From positions 57,145-121,144 of IMG/VR virus record IMGVR_UViG_3300017917_000733: a stretch of 64,000 bases of DNA; one strand, given 5' to 3'. Position numbers and translations under genes: made by a program. Shown here in pieces: positions 18,521 to 28,256 of the stretch. The notes beneath the pieces were generated by a model. The model searched no databases, was not told the origin of the DNA, and was given only the letters and a program-made list of their open reading frames with translations. Within the stretch, counting starts at the first letter, position 1, and each line of letters starts with the position of its first letter. The stretch is from a virus.

Positions 18521-18928
18521 ATGGAATTCAAAATCGAAGCCAGCAAGCGTAGCAAGAAATTCATTGAGGCACTGATGCCCTCAATAATCAAGCAACTTAA
18601 ATTAGAAAGTAGTACTAAAGTAGTAGTAATTCGTGTCGCTAACGAGTGCGGAAAAGACCAAGGTATAACTGTAGACTTGGGTATTAGTTTTGGTTACATG
18701 GTTGTAATCAAGCCTACCCGTAGTTTCAAAGACCTCGGACTTACACTTGCACATGAAATGGTTCATGTGAAACAATTGGCTAAGGGTCAATTGAAACATC
18801 GTCCTACTGGATCCTACATCTGGGCGGGCAAGCGTTTCAGTAAAAAAACTGAATACTTGAGTATGCCCTGGGAAATTGAAGCATTTAGTAAGCAGGAACT
18901 TATTTTGCGTCGGGCCCTCGAGGTTTGA
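18521..18928 (+). CDS. Putative zinc metallopeptidase (HExxH)
   Basis: LAHEMVHVKQ...PWEIEA; start re-assigned to ATG 18521, 7 nt after the -10 box. Confidence 0.7.
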   Translation: MEFKIEASKRSKKFIEALMPSIIKQLKLESSTKVVVIRVANECGKDQGITVDLGISFGYMVVIKPTRSFKDLGLTLAHEMVHVKQLAKGQLKHRPTGSYIWAGKRFSKKTEYLSMPWEIEAFSKQELILRRALEV

Positions 18929-18983
18929 CAATAAATGGGTTTGGGCATATAATACATGTATTGATTGATTAAAGGAGCTTGCA
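18925..18983 (+). promoter_or_regulatory. Repeated early promoter/RBS cassette type A (copy 1)
   Basis: TTGACA-ATAAAT-N11-TATAAT-ACATGTATTGATTGATTAAAGGAGCTT. Confidence 0.85.
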
Positions 18984-19256
18984 ATGTCTCAACTCACTGA
19001 ATACACCCTGGAAATCTACAAACAAGACAAGCGTACTAAAAAAGGTCGCCGTCTGTATGCAAAAGAAGATTTTGCCCCCGTGACTAAAGACTACATTCAG
19101 GCAGTTGCTGAAGGTAAGCGTAAACTGGGTTTCATTGTTGAAGTTTTTGAAACTTTCGTGACCCGCAAGAATCTGCAATCTGGTCGTGAGTTCCAAGAAC
19201 GTTACGACACCCCGTATTTCTGCTCTCCTTCTAGCGAATCTTTTTGGAGCAACTAA
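18984..19256 (+). CDS. Hypothetical early protein
   Basis: Strong RBS AAGGAG; ORF. Confidence 0.8.
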   Translation: MSQLTEYTLEIYKQDKRTKKGRRLYAKEDFAPVTKDYIQAVAEGKRKLGFIVEVFETFVTRKNLQSGREFQERYDTPYFCSPSSESFWSN

Positions 19257-19435
19257 TGAAATCGTACAAAGTAACACTGTTGTTCACAAATCTGGAAAAC
19301 TTCATGGGCACTGATGACGAGGCCTCTATGACTGTGGAAATCAAGTCTGACAGCTACAGCCACGCTATGCTGTTGGCCCAGAGATTCGCTAAAGTCATGG
19401 ATGCTGACCGTTTCGATATTGACGAAAAAATTTGA
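19256..19435 (+). CDS. Hypothetical early protein
   Basis: TAATG coupling with the upstream gene. Confidence 0.65.
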   Translation: MKSYKVTLLFTNLENFMGTDDEASMTVEIKSDSYSHAMLLAQRFAKVMDADRFDIDEKI

Positions 19436-19493
19436 CAATAAATCCAAATCCTGATACAATACTTGTATTGACACTGAAATAGAGGAAAACGAA
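19432..19493 (+). promoter_or_regulatory. Repeated early promoter cassette type B (copy 1)
   Basis: TTGACA-ATAAATCC-N9-TACAAT-ACTTGTATTGACACTGAAA. Confidence 0.8.
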
Positions 19494-19802
19494 ATGGCAC
19501 TGACTCCCCTGACCGAACGTCAAAAAGCACTGATTGTTTCCAATGTCGTTAAGGCATGTCGCAACATTGACAACCTGAACAGCACTGGTTACAAGTACAT
19601 TAACCTCTGCTCGGGTTTCATCGCCCACTACGACCTGTATGGTTTCATTTCAGCCTACAGCGAACCTGAATCTCTCAAGCGAGATATTATTTCCTACGCT
19701 GGTCAAAATCAGTGGAAGAACTTCCGTCCCGGTGAGCGTGACTACGAATATTACATGTCCAAGGCTGATGTATATAATCGTATTCTTGCCCAAATCGTCT
19801 AA
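19494..19802 (+). CDS. Hypothetical early protein
   Basis: RBS GAGG; ORF. Confidence 0.8.
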   Translation: MALTPLTERQKALIVSNVVKACRNIDNLNSTGYKYINLCSGFIAHYDLYGFISAYSEPESLKRDIISYAGQNQWKNFRPGERDYEYYMSKADVYNRILAQIV

Positions 19803-19879
19803 AATAATTTGACGATAAATCAATCTTCACATACAATCAAGTTTCTTTATCTCAACGCCATCTTTCATAGGAGCATATT

Positions 19880-20983
19880 ATGGCATCGCAAGTCTCTGAC
19901 AATCTGACTATTACATCTGTTCAAGCCCGCAAAGCAATGCTTGCGGCATTCAAAGCAAAACGTCCCATTTTCTTGTGGGGCCCTCCCGGCATCGGTAAGT
20001 CTGAGGTTGTCGCTGAAGTCGCTGAGGAACTTAACGGTCCCGTGATTGACTTGCGTATGGCTCAGATGGAACCTACTGACATTCGCGGTATCCCTTACTT
20101 CAACAAAGATATCAACAAGATGGACTGGGCTGCTCCTGTCGATCTGCCTAGCGAAGAATTCGCAAAACAACATCCCATCGTTGTATTGTTCCTCGATGAA
20201 ATGAACAGTGCCCCGCCCGCTGTGCAGGCTGCAGGTTATCAACTGATTCTGAACCGTCGTGTTGGTAAGTATGTTCTGCCCGATAACGTTGTTATCGTTG
20301 CGGCAGGCAACCGCGACAGTGACAAGGGTGTTACTTATCGCATGCCGATGCCCCTCGCTAACCGATTCTTGCACTTGGAAATGCGCCCTGACTTTACTGC
20401 ATGGCAGAACTGGGCTGTTAACAAAGGCATTCACAAGGACGTTGTTGGTTACTTGTCTTTCGCTAAACAAGACATGTACGACTTTGATGCTAAGTCTGCA
20501 AGCCGAGCATTCGCTACTCCCCGTAGCTGGTGTTTCGTCAGTGACCTTCTTAAAGAGGAAGATGCACTTGATACTGATACACTGTTTAACTTGGTCAGTG
20601 GTGCTGTTGGTGAAGGTCTTGCTGTTAAGTTTATGGCTCACCGCAAGATTGCAGGTAAGATGCCCGAGCCTAGTGATATTCTCAGCGGTAAGGTCAAGGA
20701 TCTGCAAGTCAAGGAAATTTCTGCAATGTACTCTTTGACTATCTCTATGTGTTACGAACTCCGTGACTGCCTTGAGAACAAGAAGGTTGACAACAAGAAG
20801 TTCCATGAAATGGCTGATAATTTCTTCAACTACATCATGGCAAACTTTGAGACTGAGTTGGTCGTTATGGGTGCTAAGATTGCACTAAAAACGTACAAGC
20901 TGCCGATTGAGCCTAGTCAACTCAAGAACTTTGACGAATTCCACAAGAAGTACGGTAAGTACATCGTGGAGGCAGGTAACTGA
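19880..20983 (+). CDS. MoxR-like AAA+ ATPase
   Basis: GPPGIGKS Walker A; FLDEMN Walker B; AAGNR; LANRF; TPRSW. Confidence 0.9.
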   Translation: MASQVSDNLTITSVQARKAMLAAFKAKRPIFLWGPPGIGKSEVVAEVAEELNGPVIDLRMAQMEPTDIRGIPYFNKDINKMDWAAPVDLPSEEFAKQHPIVVLFLDEMNSAPPAVQAAGYQLILNRRVGKYVLPDNVVIVAAGNRDSDKGVTYRMPMPLANRFLHLEMRPDFTAWQNWAVNKGIHKDVVGYLSFAKQDMYDFDAKSASRAFATPRSWCFVSDLLKEEDALDTDTLFNLVSGAVGEGLAVKFMAHRKIAGKMPEPSDILSGKVKDLQVKEISAMYSLTISMCYELRDCLENKKVDNKKFHEMADNFFNYIMANFETELVVMGAKIALKTYKLPIEPSQLKNFDEFHKKYGKYIVEAGN

Positions 20984-20999
20984 TAGTTAACTGCTTTAC

Positions 21000-21033
21000 A
21001 GGGTGAGTGTAGCAATATGCTCACCCTTTTTTT
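21000..21033 (+). terminator. Rho-independent terminator
   Basis: AGGGTGAG...CTCACCCT followed by a T-run. Confidence 0.7.
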
Positions 21034-21047
21034 ATAAAGGAAGTATT

Positions 21048-21200
21048 ATGAGTGGTAAAAAATATTTTTATGCGTTAGGTCAAAGTGCCCGCGCAAGAGG
21101 TATGTCTAAAGAAGGTGGATTATTTATGTATAGGATTAGTGAGGCTCTCCCGTACGCACGAATTGCATTTGATGCAGGCTACCGAGGGCTGTCACTATGA
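21048..21200 (+). CDS. Small hypothetical protein
   Basis: RBS AAGGAAG before ATG 21048. Confidence 0.55.
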   Translation: MSGKKYFYALGQSARARGMSKEGGLFMYRISEALPYARIAFDAGYRGLSL

Positions 21201-21427
21201 GCGAAGACAAAAAGAAAATTGAAATCGTTTTCGCCCCTGGTTGCTTTGACCATTTCGAAGGCACACAGGAAGAACTTGAGGAACTGATTCAGCAAATCAA
21301 GGACATGGCAGAATCAGGTGAACTATTTGAACAATCCTTCGATGTTCAGGACCTTATTGACGAAACCGATCCTCTAGAGATTGAAGAAATTGTAAACGAA
21401 ATGCTTACACCTCGAAAACTTCACTGA
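21197..21427 (+). CDS. Acidic hypothetical protein
   Basis: ATGA overlap; ORF. Confidence 0.7.
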   Translation: MSEDKKKIEIVFAPGCFDHFEGTQEELEELIQQIKDMAESGELFEQSFDVQDLIDETDPLEIEEIVNEMLTPRKLH

Positions 21428-21482
21428 ATTGACAATAAATCCAGTGTACAGTATAATATAAGTATTCTATAGGAGTATTCAC

Positions 21483-22766
21483 ATGAGTGAAGTTATTGAT
21501 AAGTCTAAGTCTAAGAAAAAGCGTAGCGCAAAATTTGAAAATCTTGTTGGTCCTATGGATCCTAAGATTGATGCACAGGCCCGTGAACGTCTGGTTACAG
21601 CACGTATCGGTCTATTGTTGCGTCATTCATTCTTCGGTAATCTCGCAACTCGCCTGACTCTTATCAACGGTGACGAATGGTTGTCTACTGCGGCAACTGA
21701 CGGTCTCAAGTTCTATTACAACTCCCGATTCATTATGATGCTGAAGCCTAAGGAAGTTGAATTCCTCGTGGCTCACGAAGTTCTGCACGTTGTTTATGAC
21801 CACATGGGTCGCCGTAATCATCGTGATCCTCAAATCTGGAACATTGCCGATGACTACGCCGTTAACGCTGACTTGAAGCGACACAAGGTTGGTCAATTCA
21901 TTACCACAGTCCCTTGCCTCTACGAACAAAAGTATGATGGCAAGCCTGCTGAGGAAATCTATGATGACTTGATGAAGAATGTTCAGAAACTGGACATCGA
22001 CCAACTCATTGACCAGATGATTGATGACCACATGGATGGTGATGAACAAGATAGTGACGGTGAAGGTGATGGTGACAAAAAAGGCAAGCGTCCTAAAATG
22101 TCTCCTGAGGAACGTGAACGTGCCCGTCAAGAAATCAAGCAAGCAATTATCAATGCGGCACAAAGTGCAGAAGCAGGTAGTCTGCCTAAAGGCGTCGAAC
22201 GTCTGATTAAAGATGCTACTAACCCTGTCATGCCTTGGCGTGAACTGATTCAAACTAACTTGACCAGTGCTATTCGTACTGACTATAGTTGGATGCGTCC
22301 TTCTCGTCGCGGTTGGCATATGGATGCTGTGATGCCTGGCATGACTCCTGGTGAAGAAATCGATGTGGTCGTTGCTATTGACATGTCTGGTTCTATCAGC
22401 GACAAACAAGCACAGCAATTCTTGGGTGAGATTGCAGGCATGATGGAAGCGTTTGATGGCTACAAGGTTCATGTGTTCTGTTTTGACACTGATATCTATA
22501 ACCCTCAAGATTTCACATCTGAGAACATGGATACAATTGACAACTACGAACCAATGGGCGGTGGTGGCACTGACTTTGACGCTATCTTTGAATACTTGAA
22601 GAAAGTTGGCAATGTGCCCAAGCGTCTAATCTGTTTCACTGACGGTTATCCCTGTGGTTCATGGGGCGACCCTGACTACTGTGATACGACTTGGATCATT
22701 CACGGTGACCCGGATCCGAATCCCCCGTTCGGTACATTCGCACTGTACGATGACCATAAAAAGTGA
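21483..22766 (+). CDS. DUF2201-type metallopeptidase + vWA domain protein (MoxR partner)
   Basis: TAATDG, AHEVLH, MIDAS DMSGS, GGGGTDF, FTDG. Confidence 0.9.
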   Translation: MSEVIDKSKSKKKRSAKFENLVGPMDPKIDAQARERLVTARIGLLLRHSFFGNLATRLTLINGDEWLSTAATDGLKFYYNSRFIMMLKPKEVEFLVAHEVLHVVYDHMGRRNHRDPQIWNIADDYAVNADLKRHKVGQFITTVPCLYEQKYDGKPAEEIYDDLMKNVQKLDIDQLIDQMIDDHMDGDEQDSDGEGDGDKKGKRPKMSPEERERARQEIKQAIINAAQSAEAGSLPKGVERLIKDATNPVMPWRELIQTNLTSAIRTDYSWMRPSRRGWHMDAVMPGMTPGEEIDVVVAIDMSGSISDKQAQQFLGEIAGMMEAFDGYKVHVFCFDTDIYNPQDFTSENMDTIDNYEPMGGGGTDFDAIFEYLKKVGNVPKRLICFTDGYPCGSWGDPDYCDTTWIIHGDPDPNPPFGTFALYDDHKK

Positions 22767-22773
22767 GGACTAG

Positions 22774-22875
22774 ATGAATATCTTAACTGTCGCAATTCTT
22801 GTTGCAGTGATTGTTGCCATTTTATATGGCATGTATTTTATCCTGAAAAGGGTAAAAGATGATGACGATGATTAA
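22774..22875 (+). CDS. Small membrane protein (33 aa)
   Basis: RBS GAGG; MNILTVAILVAVIVAILYGMYFILKRVKDDDDD. Confidence 0.55.
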   Translation: MNILTVAILVAVIVAILYGMYFILKRVKDDDDD

Positions 22876-22886
22876 TCAAGTGTCCA

Positions 22887-23153
22887 ATGGCTGATGAATT
22901 GAACCCGTTAGTTTGGTTTGGTACTAGAGAACTACTGTATACTCCAAAACATTTTACAGTAGCTAGTACCAGTCTTACTCCCGAATCTAAAATTTGGATA
23001 CTGAATAACCTTAAAGGTCGTTTTAGTTGCGTCAATCACACTGATGATTACAGTAGTGATTCGGGCATATCGTTGTTTGTAGATTCTATATATGGCAGAC
23101 CCGCATTTGAGGATCCTGCTGAGGCTACAATGTACGAACTCAAGTGGTCTTAA
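22887..23153 (+). CDS. Small protein, dispersed member of the F-x-L-R/K-W family
   Basis: Ends AFEDPAEATMYELKWS. Confidence 0.7.
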   Translation: MADELNPLVWFGTRELLYTPKHFTVASTSLTPESKIWILNNLKGRFSCVNHTDDYSSDSGISLFVDSIYGRPAFEDPAEATMYELKWS

Positions 23154-23215
23154 AAATATTTGCAATCTCTGTTACTGCATTAAATAAAATGCATAAACAT
23201 TAAGGAGATTGCAAT

Positions 23216-23890
23216 ATGAGTTTTTTACGCCATGTAGGTAAACACGGTGATCGTAAGGTAGCTGTGATTTTCCGTGAGATACCAGGTGAACCTCATATGT
23301 GTTTGGTTGCCTATACTGAAACACTTAACCAACATATTCACGATCCGCTAGTCAAGTGTATTGAAAGTGATATTGGTCAAAACAGTGAAAATCTAGCCGA
23401 TGCACTGAACAGAACACATACGAACGACGGTAGAATCATTCTACACGTTTTACATACTGAAGGTCAGTTAAAGAAAGTCAATACAGAATTAATCGTAATG
23501 ACCCCTGCGCCTAATACAAAAATCAAGTTGAATGAATTAAACAAGATACTTGATGAAATGAAACAAGGTGAAGAAGCAGTTAAGCGTCTTGCTGAAATGG
23601 ACAAGTCAATGGGCTTACAAGACCCAGCTGATGTTGCACGTAGAATGCGCGGAGATGCACAACAGCCACCAGTACAAACAGCACAAGGTCTATTAGGTGA
23701 TAACGACTTAGCAAATAATCTACGCCAGCAAGCTGCTAAAATGACGGCTGAAGCTAAAGGTCTAATGGCTGAAGCTGATAGACTTTTGAAAGAAGCTGCA
23801 CAAATGGATCCTGCTCCAGTAGAAGCACCTGCTAAGAAATCTACCGCAAAGAAAACAACTACTAAGAAAACTGCTAAAGCTACTGCATAA
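23216..23890 (+). CDS. Hypothetical late protein with Lys/Ala/Thr-rich tail
   Basis: RBS AAGGAG; late promoter TAAATA at 23181. Confidence 0.8.
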   Translation: MSFLRHVGKHGDRKVAVIFREIPGEPHMCLVAYTETLNQHIHDPLVKCIESDIGQNSENLADALNRTHTNDGRIILHVLHTEGQLKKVNTELIVMTPAPNTKIKLNELNKILDEMKQGEEAVKRLAEMDKSMGLQDPADVARRMRGDAQQPPVQTAQGLLGDNDLANNLRQQAAKMTAEAKGLMAEADRLLKEAAQMDPAPVEAPAKKSTAKKTTTKKTAKATA

Positions 23891-24186
23891 TGAGTCCAGA
23901 ATTCATCGAGAAATGGGAGCATATCCTTGAAGATGTTGAAAAGAACAAAATACCTATTCAGTTTATTAAGAAACTAATTATTAAACTAGAAGGTAAAAGA
24001 CAGCAAACTCTCAATATTGAAAAGTTTCTGTCTCAAGGATTAGACCCCGAACAAATAGAAGAAGCGGTTAGTAGAAAACTACACGAACTTGATGACCTAG
24101 TTGTCAGTGTAGAATTCATTCTGAATGTACAATCTATTGCTGATACTGTACAACCTGAAACGGATAAACTATTGGGAAGATTATGA
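23890..24186 (+). CDS. Hypothetical protein
   Basis: TAATG coupling. Confidence 0.75.
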   Translation: MSPEFIEKWEHILEDVEKNKIPIQFIKKLIIKLEGKRQQTLNIEKFLSQGLDPEQIEEAVSRKLHELDDLVVSVEFILNVQSIADTVQPETDKLLGRL

Positions 24187-24635
24187 AGTTGATTGTAGCT
24201 TGTGATCCTAAAGGAGGAATAGGCTATCAGTGTAAGTTGCCCTGGGATAAAATCCAGGGCGATTTGCCAAGATTTAAGGCATTGACTGACGGACAAACTA
24301 TTGTCATGGGTCGAAATACTTGGGATAGCTTACCGAAGAAACCTTTACCAAACAGAAACAATATAATTTTAACTAAATTAGATTTTACAAATTTACCACC
24401 TAATGCATGTGTTGCACATAGTTTGGATGAACTTGATAACAATGCTTGGATTATAGGTGGTGCAAAGTTGATTAACACATCTTGGGAATATGTAGATGAA
24501 ATACATTTAACCAGAACATTTGCCGAATACACTTGTGATACTTTCATAGATTTAGTAAAATTAGAAAGTGAATATATGTGTTGGTTTAAAGAGAACCATA
24601 CAGACCATTCATATGAAATTTGGAAAAGAAAATGA
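24183..24635 (+). CDS. folA: Dihydrofolate reductase
   Basis: IG...LPW...DLPRFK, MGRNTWDSLP, PLPNR, IIGGA. Confidence 0.95.
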   Translation: MKLIVACDPKGGIGYQCKLPWDKIQGDLPRFKALTDGQTIVMGRNTWDSLPKKPLPNRNNIILTKLDFTNLPPNACVAHSLDELDNNAWIIGGAKLINTSWEYVDEIHLTRTFAEYTCDTFIDLVKLESEYMCWFKENHTDHSYEIWKRK

Positions 24636-25207
24636 AAGCATATAGTGTTCCTGGTTTTACTAGCGAAGAAGAACTTAATATTTTAAGTGATTGGGCAACA
24701 AGTGTTCCAAAAAACGGTATAATTGTTGAAGTAGGTTCTTTGTTTGGTAGATCAGCATCGGCATTTGCTGACGGTGCGGATCCATCGGTTACCATATATT
24801 GCATTGATTTTTTTGACAATATTTGGCCTGGAGATCATATTGATTTGATGAAATCAGCATCTTTTGAAAAAGACAAAGTGTATTACATTGGTAGTGAATT
24901 TAAAAAGTATACTAGCGAATATAAAAATATTATACCGTTAACTAATACACAAGCCGTTTATCCATATGATAAAGAGGAAATAGATTTATTTTTTTTAGAT
25001 GCAAGCCACAGAAATCCGAATGACATTAAAAATTTAATTTACTTTAAAAAATTTTTCAAAAGGGGCACTTTAATTTGTGGTCACGATTACATAAATGATA
25101 TTTTTCCCGATGTTGTTAAAAACGTTCATTTTCTTGAACTGGCTTATAACACTAAAGCAAGTTTTTATGAACGAACATCACTCTGGTCAATAAGGATTAC
25201 CGAATGA
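24632..25207 (+). CDS. Class I SAM-dependent methyltransferase (Methyltransf_24-like)
   Basis: VEVGSLFGRS, FLDASH, ICGHDY. Confidence 0.85.
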   Translation: MKAYSVPGFTSEEELNILSDWATSVPKNGIIVEVGSLFGRSASAFADGADPSVTIYCIDFFDNIWPGDHIDLMKSASFEKDKVYYIGSEFKKYTSEYKNIIPLTNTQAVYPYDKEEIDLFFLDASHRNPNDIKNLIYFKKFFKRGTLICGHDYINDIFPDVVKNVHFLELAYNTKASFYERTSLWSIRITE

Positions 25208-26079
25208 AACAATACCACGATTTACTACAAGACATATTAGATAACGGAGAAATAAAAGATGACAGAACTGGCGTTGGCACTATTAGTGTGTTTGGACGTA
25301 ATCTTCGCTTTGATTTGCGTAGGGGCTTTCCAGCAATCACCACAAAAAAGCTCGCATGGAAAGCGTGTGTAAGTGAACTATTATGGTTCATTGAGGGATC
25401 TGGCGACGAACGCAGACTCGCTGAAATATTACATGGTCCTGATAACGATGGCAAGGTCACGATTTGGACACCAAATGCTCTCGCACCTTATTGGAAGTCA
25501 AAAGCAAAGTTCGATGGAGACCTTGGTCGAGTTTATGGAGTACAGTGGCGTCACTGGAACAAGTACAACTGGAATGAGCAAGCAAATGCACATGAGATAA
25601 CCGAAGTTGACCAATTGACTAATCTACTTGAAGGATTAAAAAATGACCCTAACGGTCGTAGACACATTCTCAGTGGCTGGAATGTTGCTGAAATGGATCA
25701 AATGGCACTGCCACCATGTCACGTAATGAGTCAATACTATGTCAACAAAAATAAAGAACTATCTTGTCATATGTACCAGCGTAGTGTGGATGTGTTTCTT
25801 GGTTTACCTTTTAATATTGCTAGCTATGCGCTACTCACTCATTTGATTGCTACACATTGTGGCTACAGTGTTGGTGAATTAATTATTTCAACAGGTGATA
25901 CACATATCTACAAGGATCATGTAGAGCAGGTGAAGGAACAATTAACGAGGGAAGAATTCCCACTACCTACTCTAATGTTAAATCCCAATAAAACAAACAT
26001 CTTTGAAATGCACATGGGTGATATTGTTTTATCAAACTATCAAAGTCATGGACAAATCAAAGCAACTATGGCAGTTTGA
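25204..26079 (+). CDS. thyA: Thymidylate synthase
   Basis: DRTGVGT, ELLWF, GRVYGVQWR, MALPPCH, YQRSVDVFLGLPFNIASY; no intron. Confidence 0.97.
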   Translation: MKQYHDLLQDILDNGEIKDDRTGVGTISVFGRNLRFDLRRGFPAITTKKLAWKACVSELLWFIEGSGDERRLAEILHGPDNDGKVTIWTPNALAPYWKSKAKFDGDLGRVYGVQWRHWNKYNWNEQANAHEITEVDQLTNLLEGLKNDPNGRRHILSGWNVAEMDQMALPPCHVMSQYYVNKNKELSCHMYQRSVDVFLGLPFNIASYALLTHLIATHCGYSVGELIISTGDTHIYKDHVEQVKEQLTREEFPLPTLMLNPNKTNIFEMHMGDIVLSNYQSHGQIKATMAV

Positions 26080-26332
26080 TACTGATGCCAAGACTATTCG
26101 ACATGTAGTTCACAAAATATTGTTGAGCGACATTGATAATCCTGACCTGCATTTAGCTCAACCACTATGGGAGTGGCAACAAACAGATGCAGGTAAGTAT
26201 GTAATGGAAAATTCTTGTCCTAAACCAAGTTGGCAGCGCCACATGGACACGCTTACGTATGGATATCAGTATATAATTGTTGCGTATTTTACTCCTCAAC
26301 AATTAACGTATTGGAGGTTAAAATTCGAATGA
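26048..26332 (+). CDS. Hypothetical protein
   Basis: ORF ending TYWRLKFE with ATGA overlap to the next gene. Confidence 0.65.
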   Translation: MDKSKQLWQFDTDAKTIRHVVHKILLSDIDNPDLHLAQPLWEWQQTDAGKYVMENSCPKPSWQRHMDTLTYGYQYIIVAYFTPQQLTYWRLKFE

Positions 26333-27300
26333 ATATATTAGTAACAGGTGGATTAGGACTTATAGGTCACAATGTTGTAGATAGATTAGAAAAGTTAGGT
26401 CATCTAGTCACCGTTGTTGACACAAAAACAAACTATGGAATCATCCCACAAGATGAAATTGATTATCTCATGGGTGAACGTTTGAAAGTCATTTACAGAA
26501 GTGGTATCTATATCAACAACAGTGATATCACTGATGCACAAAAAATGAATTACATTTTCAACTATGACAAGCCTGAAATTGTGATACACATGGCTAGTTT
26601 CCCAAGACAAAAAGTAGTTAACGCAAATCCAGCATGGGGAAGTCGCGTTATGAGTGAAGGGTTGCTCAACTTGTTGGAAGCTAGTAAAAAACATGGTGTA
26701 CGCAAGTTTGTTTACATCAGTAGTTCAATGGTCTATGGTGACTTTACTGACGATGTTACTGAAGATGCTATCTGTAAACCTCAGGGTCAATATGGCATTA
26801 TGAAATTAGCAGGAGAATGGCTTGTTAGAGATTATTATAGAAGTGCTGGTATTTCTGGAACAATTATTCGTCCAAGTGCTGTGTATGGTCCATTGGATGT
26901 TGAGGACAGAGTTATCGCTAAGTTCATGCTTACAGCGATGCGTGGCGGCACTCTCAATGTTAATGGTGCCAATGAGGCACTCGATTTTACATATGTAACT
27001 GATGCAGCAGATGGTATCGTTGCAGCAGCACTAAGCAACAACACAGATAACAAAACTTACAATATTACAAAGAGTCACAGCCGCACACTGTTAGATGCCG
27101 CACAACTTGCAGTGAAAATTGTAGGTAAAGGTACTATCAATGTCAAAGACAGGGATTTAGATTTTCCCAGTCGCGGTGCATTAAACATTGACGCAGCACG
27201 TGGAGATTTTGGTTACGATCCTAAAATTGATGTAGAAGAAGGATTTCAAAAATATTATGAGTGGCTAAGTATTAGTCCATATTGGTCTAAAAAAATATGA
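26329..27300 (+). CDS. NAD-dependent epimerase/dehydratase
   Basis: ILVTGGLGLIG, SSSMVYG, YGIMK (YxxxK); start ATG 26329. Confidence 0.93.
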   Translation: MNILVTGGLGLIGHNVVDRLEKLGHLVTVVDTKTNYGIIPQDEIDYLMGERLKVIYRSGIYINNSDITDAQKMNYIFNYDKPEIVIHMASFPRQKVVNANPAWGSRVMSEGLLNLLEASKKHGVRKFVYISSSMVYGDFTDDVTEDAICKPQGQYGIMKLAGEWLVRDYYRSAGISGTIIRPSAVYGPLDVEDRVIAKFMLTAMRGGTLNVNGANEALDFTYVTDAADGIVAAALSNNTDNKTYNITKSHSRTLLDAAQLAVKIVGKGTINVKDRDLDFPSRGALNIDAARGDFGYDPKIDVEEGFQKYYEWLSISPYWSKKI

Positions 27301-28256
27301 AAATAGTGCCCATTAAAGTAGAATCAGTCTCACGTACAAAATATAAATTCGTAGAGTGGATGTTACATAACGTGTGCAATCACGACTGTAGCTTTTGCGG
27401 GCAATCAATTAAAGACGGTTCAAAAAGATGGTTGAGTATTGAACAGTATAAAACATATGCCGATAAAATAATTAAATTGTGTGAAGGCAACCCCTTTTGG
27501 ATACAATTTACAGGAGGCGAACCAACATTGTTTCCTGAACTACTAGAGTTGATGGACTATGTTAAAAACAAAGGAGCATATGTCAGTTTAATTTCTAATG
27601 GTACAAGAACATTACGATGGTGGCAAGAGTTAAAAGATAAGAAATGTTTAGATTATCTATATGTCACATATCATAGTGAACAAACAGATGACTACAAACA
27701 CATTGTAGATGTGTTGAATATGTTTCACGACGAACCAATTCAAACAGTATGCCTGATTACTCACTCGGTTACGTCAGTGAATTTAGCCATCGAAGCTAGA
27801 ACATATATTGAACAGAACACCGGAACATTAATATTATTCAAAGCAATGATGTTAGGGGACTTTGATATATTCGCAACATATACAAATGACCAATTGAATG
27901 AAGTTAAAAAATCCTATTCTTTTGGCATCAATAGAAATACAAAAACACAACATGCATTCCCAAAAAAATATGAAATGGTAGGTAAACTATTAGTGACGTA
28001 TGATGATGGCTCTAATAAAATCGTAGATTCTCAATACCTACTAAAAAATAATCAAAACAATTTCATTAATTGGAATTGTGAAGTTGGCATCGATACAATG
28101 AGAATCGTAGTCGATGAAATATATAGAGGCGTGTGTGAAGTGGGAGGAAAACAATTTTCTCTCCAAGATGATTTTAGTTTTAGCAACAATAGTATAAAAT
28201 GCACTAAAACAAAATGTGTTTGTAATACCGATATAGTGACCACAAAAATAAAATGA
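27297..28256 (+). CDS. Radical SAM protein with C-terminal auxiliary Cys module
   Basis: CNHDCSFC, TGGEPT; C-terminal WNCEVG...C...CTKTKCVC. Confidence 0.85.
   Translation: MKIVPIKVESVSRTKYKFVEWMLHNVCNHDCSFCGQSIKDGSKRWLSIEQYKTYADKIIKLCEGNPFWIQFTGGEPTLFPELLELMDYVKNKGAYVSLISNGTRTLRWWQELKDKKCLDYLYVTYHSEQTDDYKHIVDVLNMFHDEPIQTVCLITHSVTSVNLAIEARTYIEQNTGTLILFKAMMLGDFDIFATYTNDQLNEVKKSYSFGINRNTKTQHAFPKKYEMVGKLLVTYDDGSNKIVDSQYLLKNNQNNFINWNCEVGIDTMRIVVDEIYRGVCEVGGKQFSLQDDFSFSNNSIKCTKTKCVCNTDIVTTKIK

Noticed and set aside
19865-20806. 313-aa minus-strand ORF
   Set aside because: Antisense shadow of the MoxR ATPase caused by codon bias; no motifs or RBS
21627-22508. 293-aa minus-strand ORF
   Set aside because: Antisense to the well-supported vWA/metallopeptidase gene
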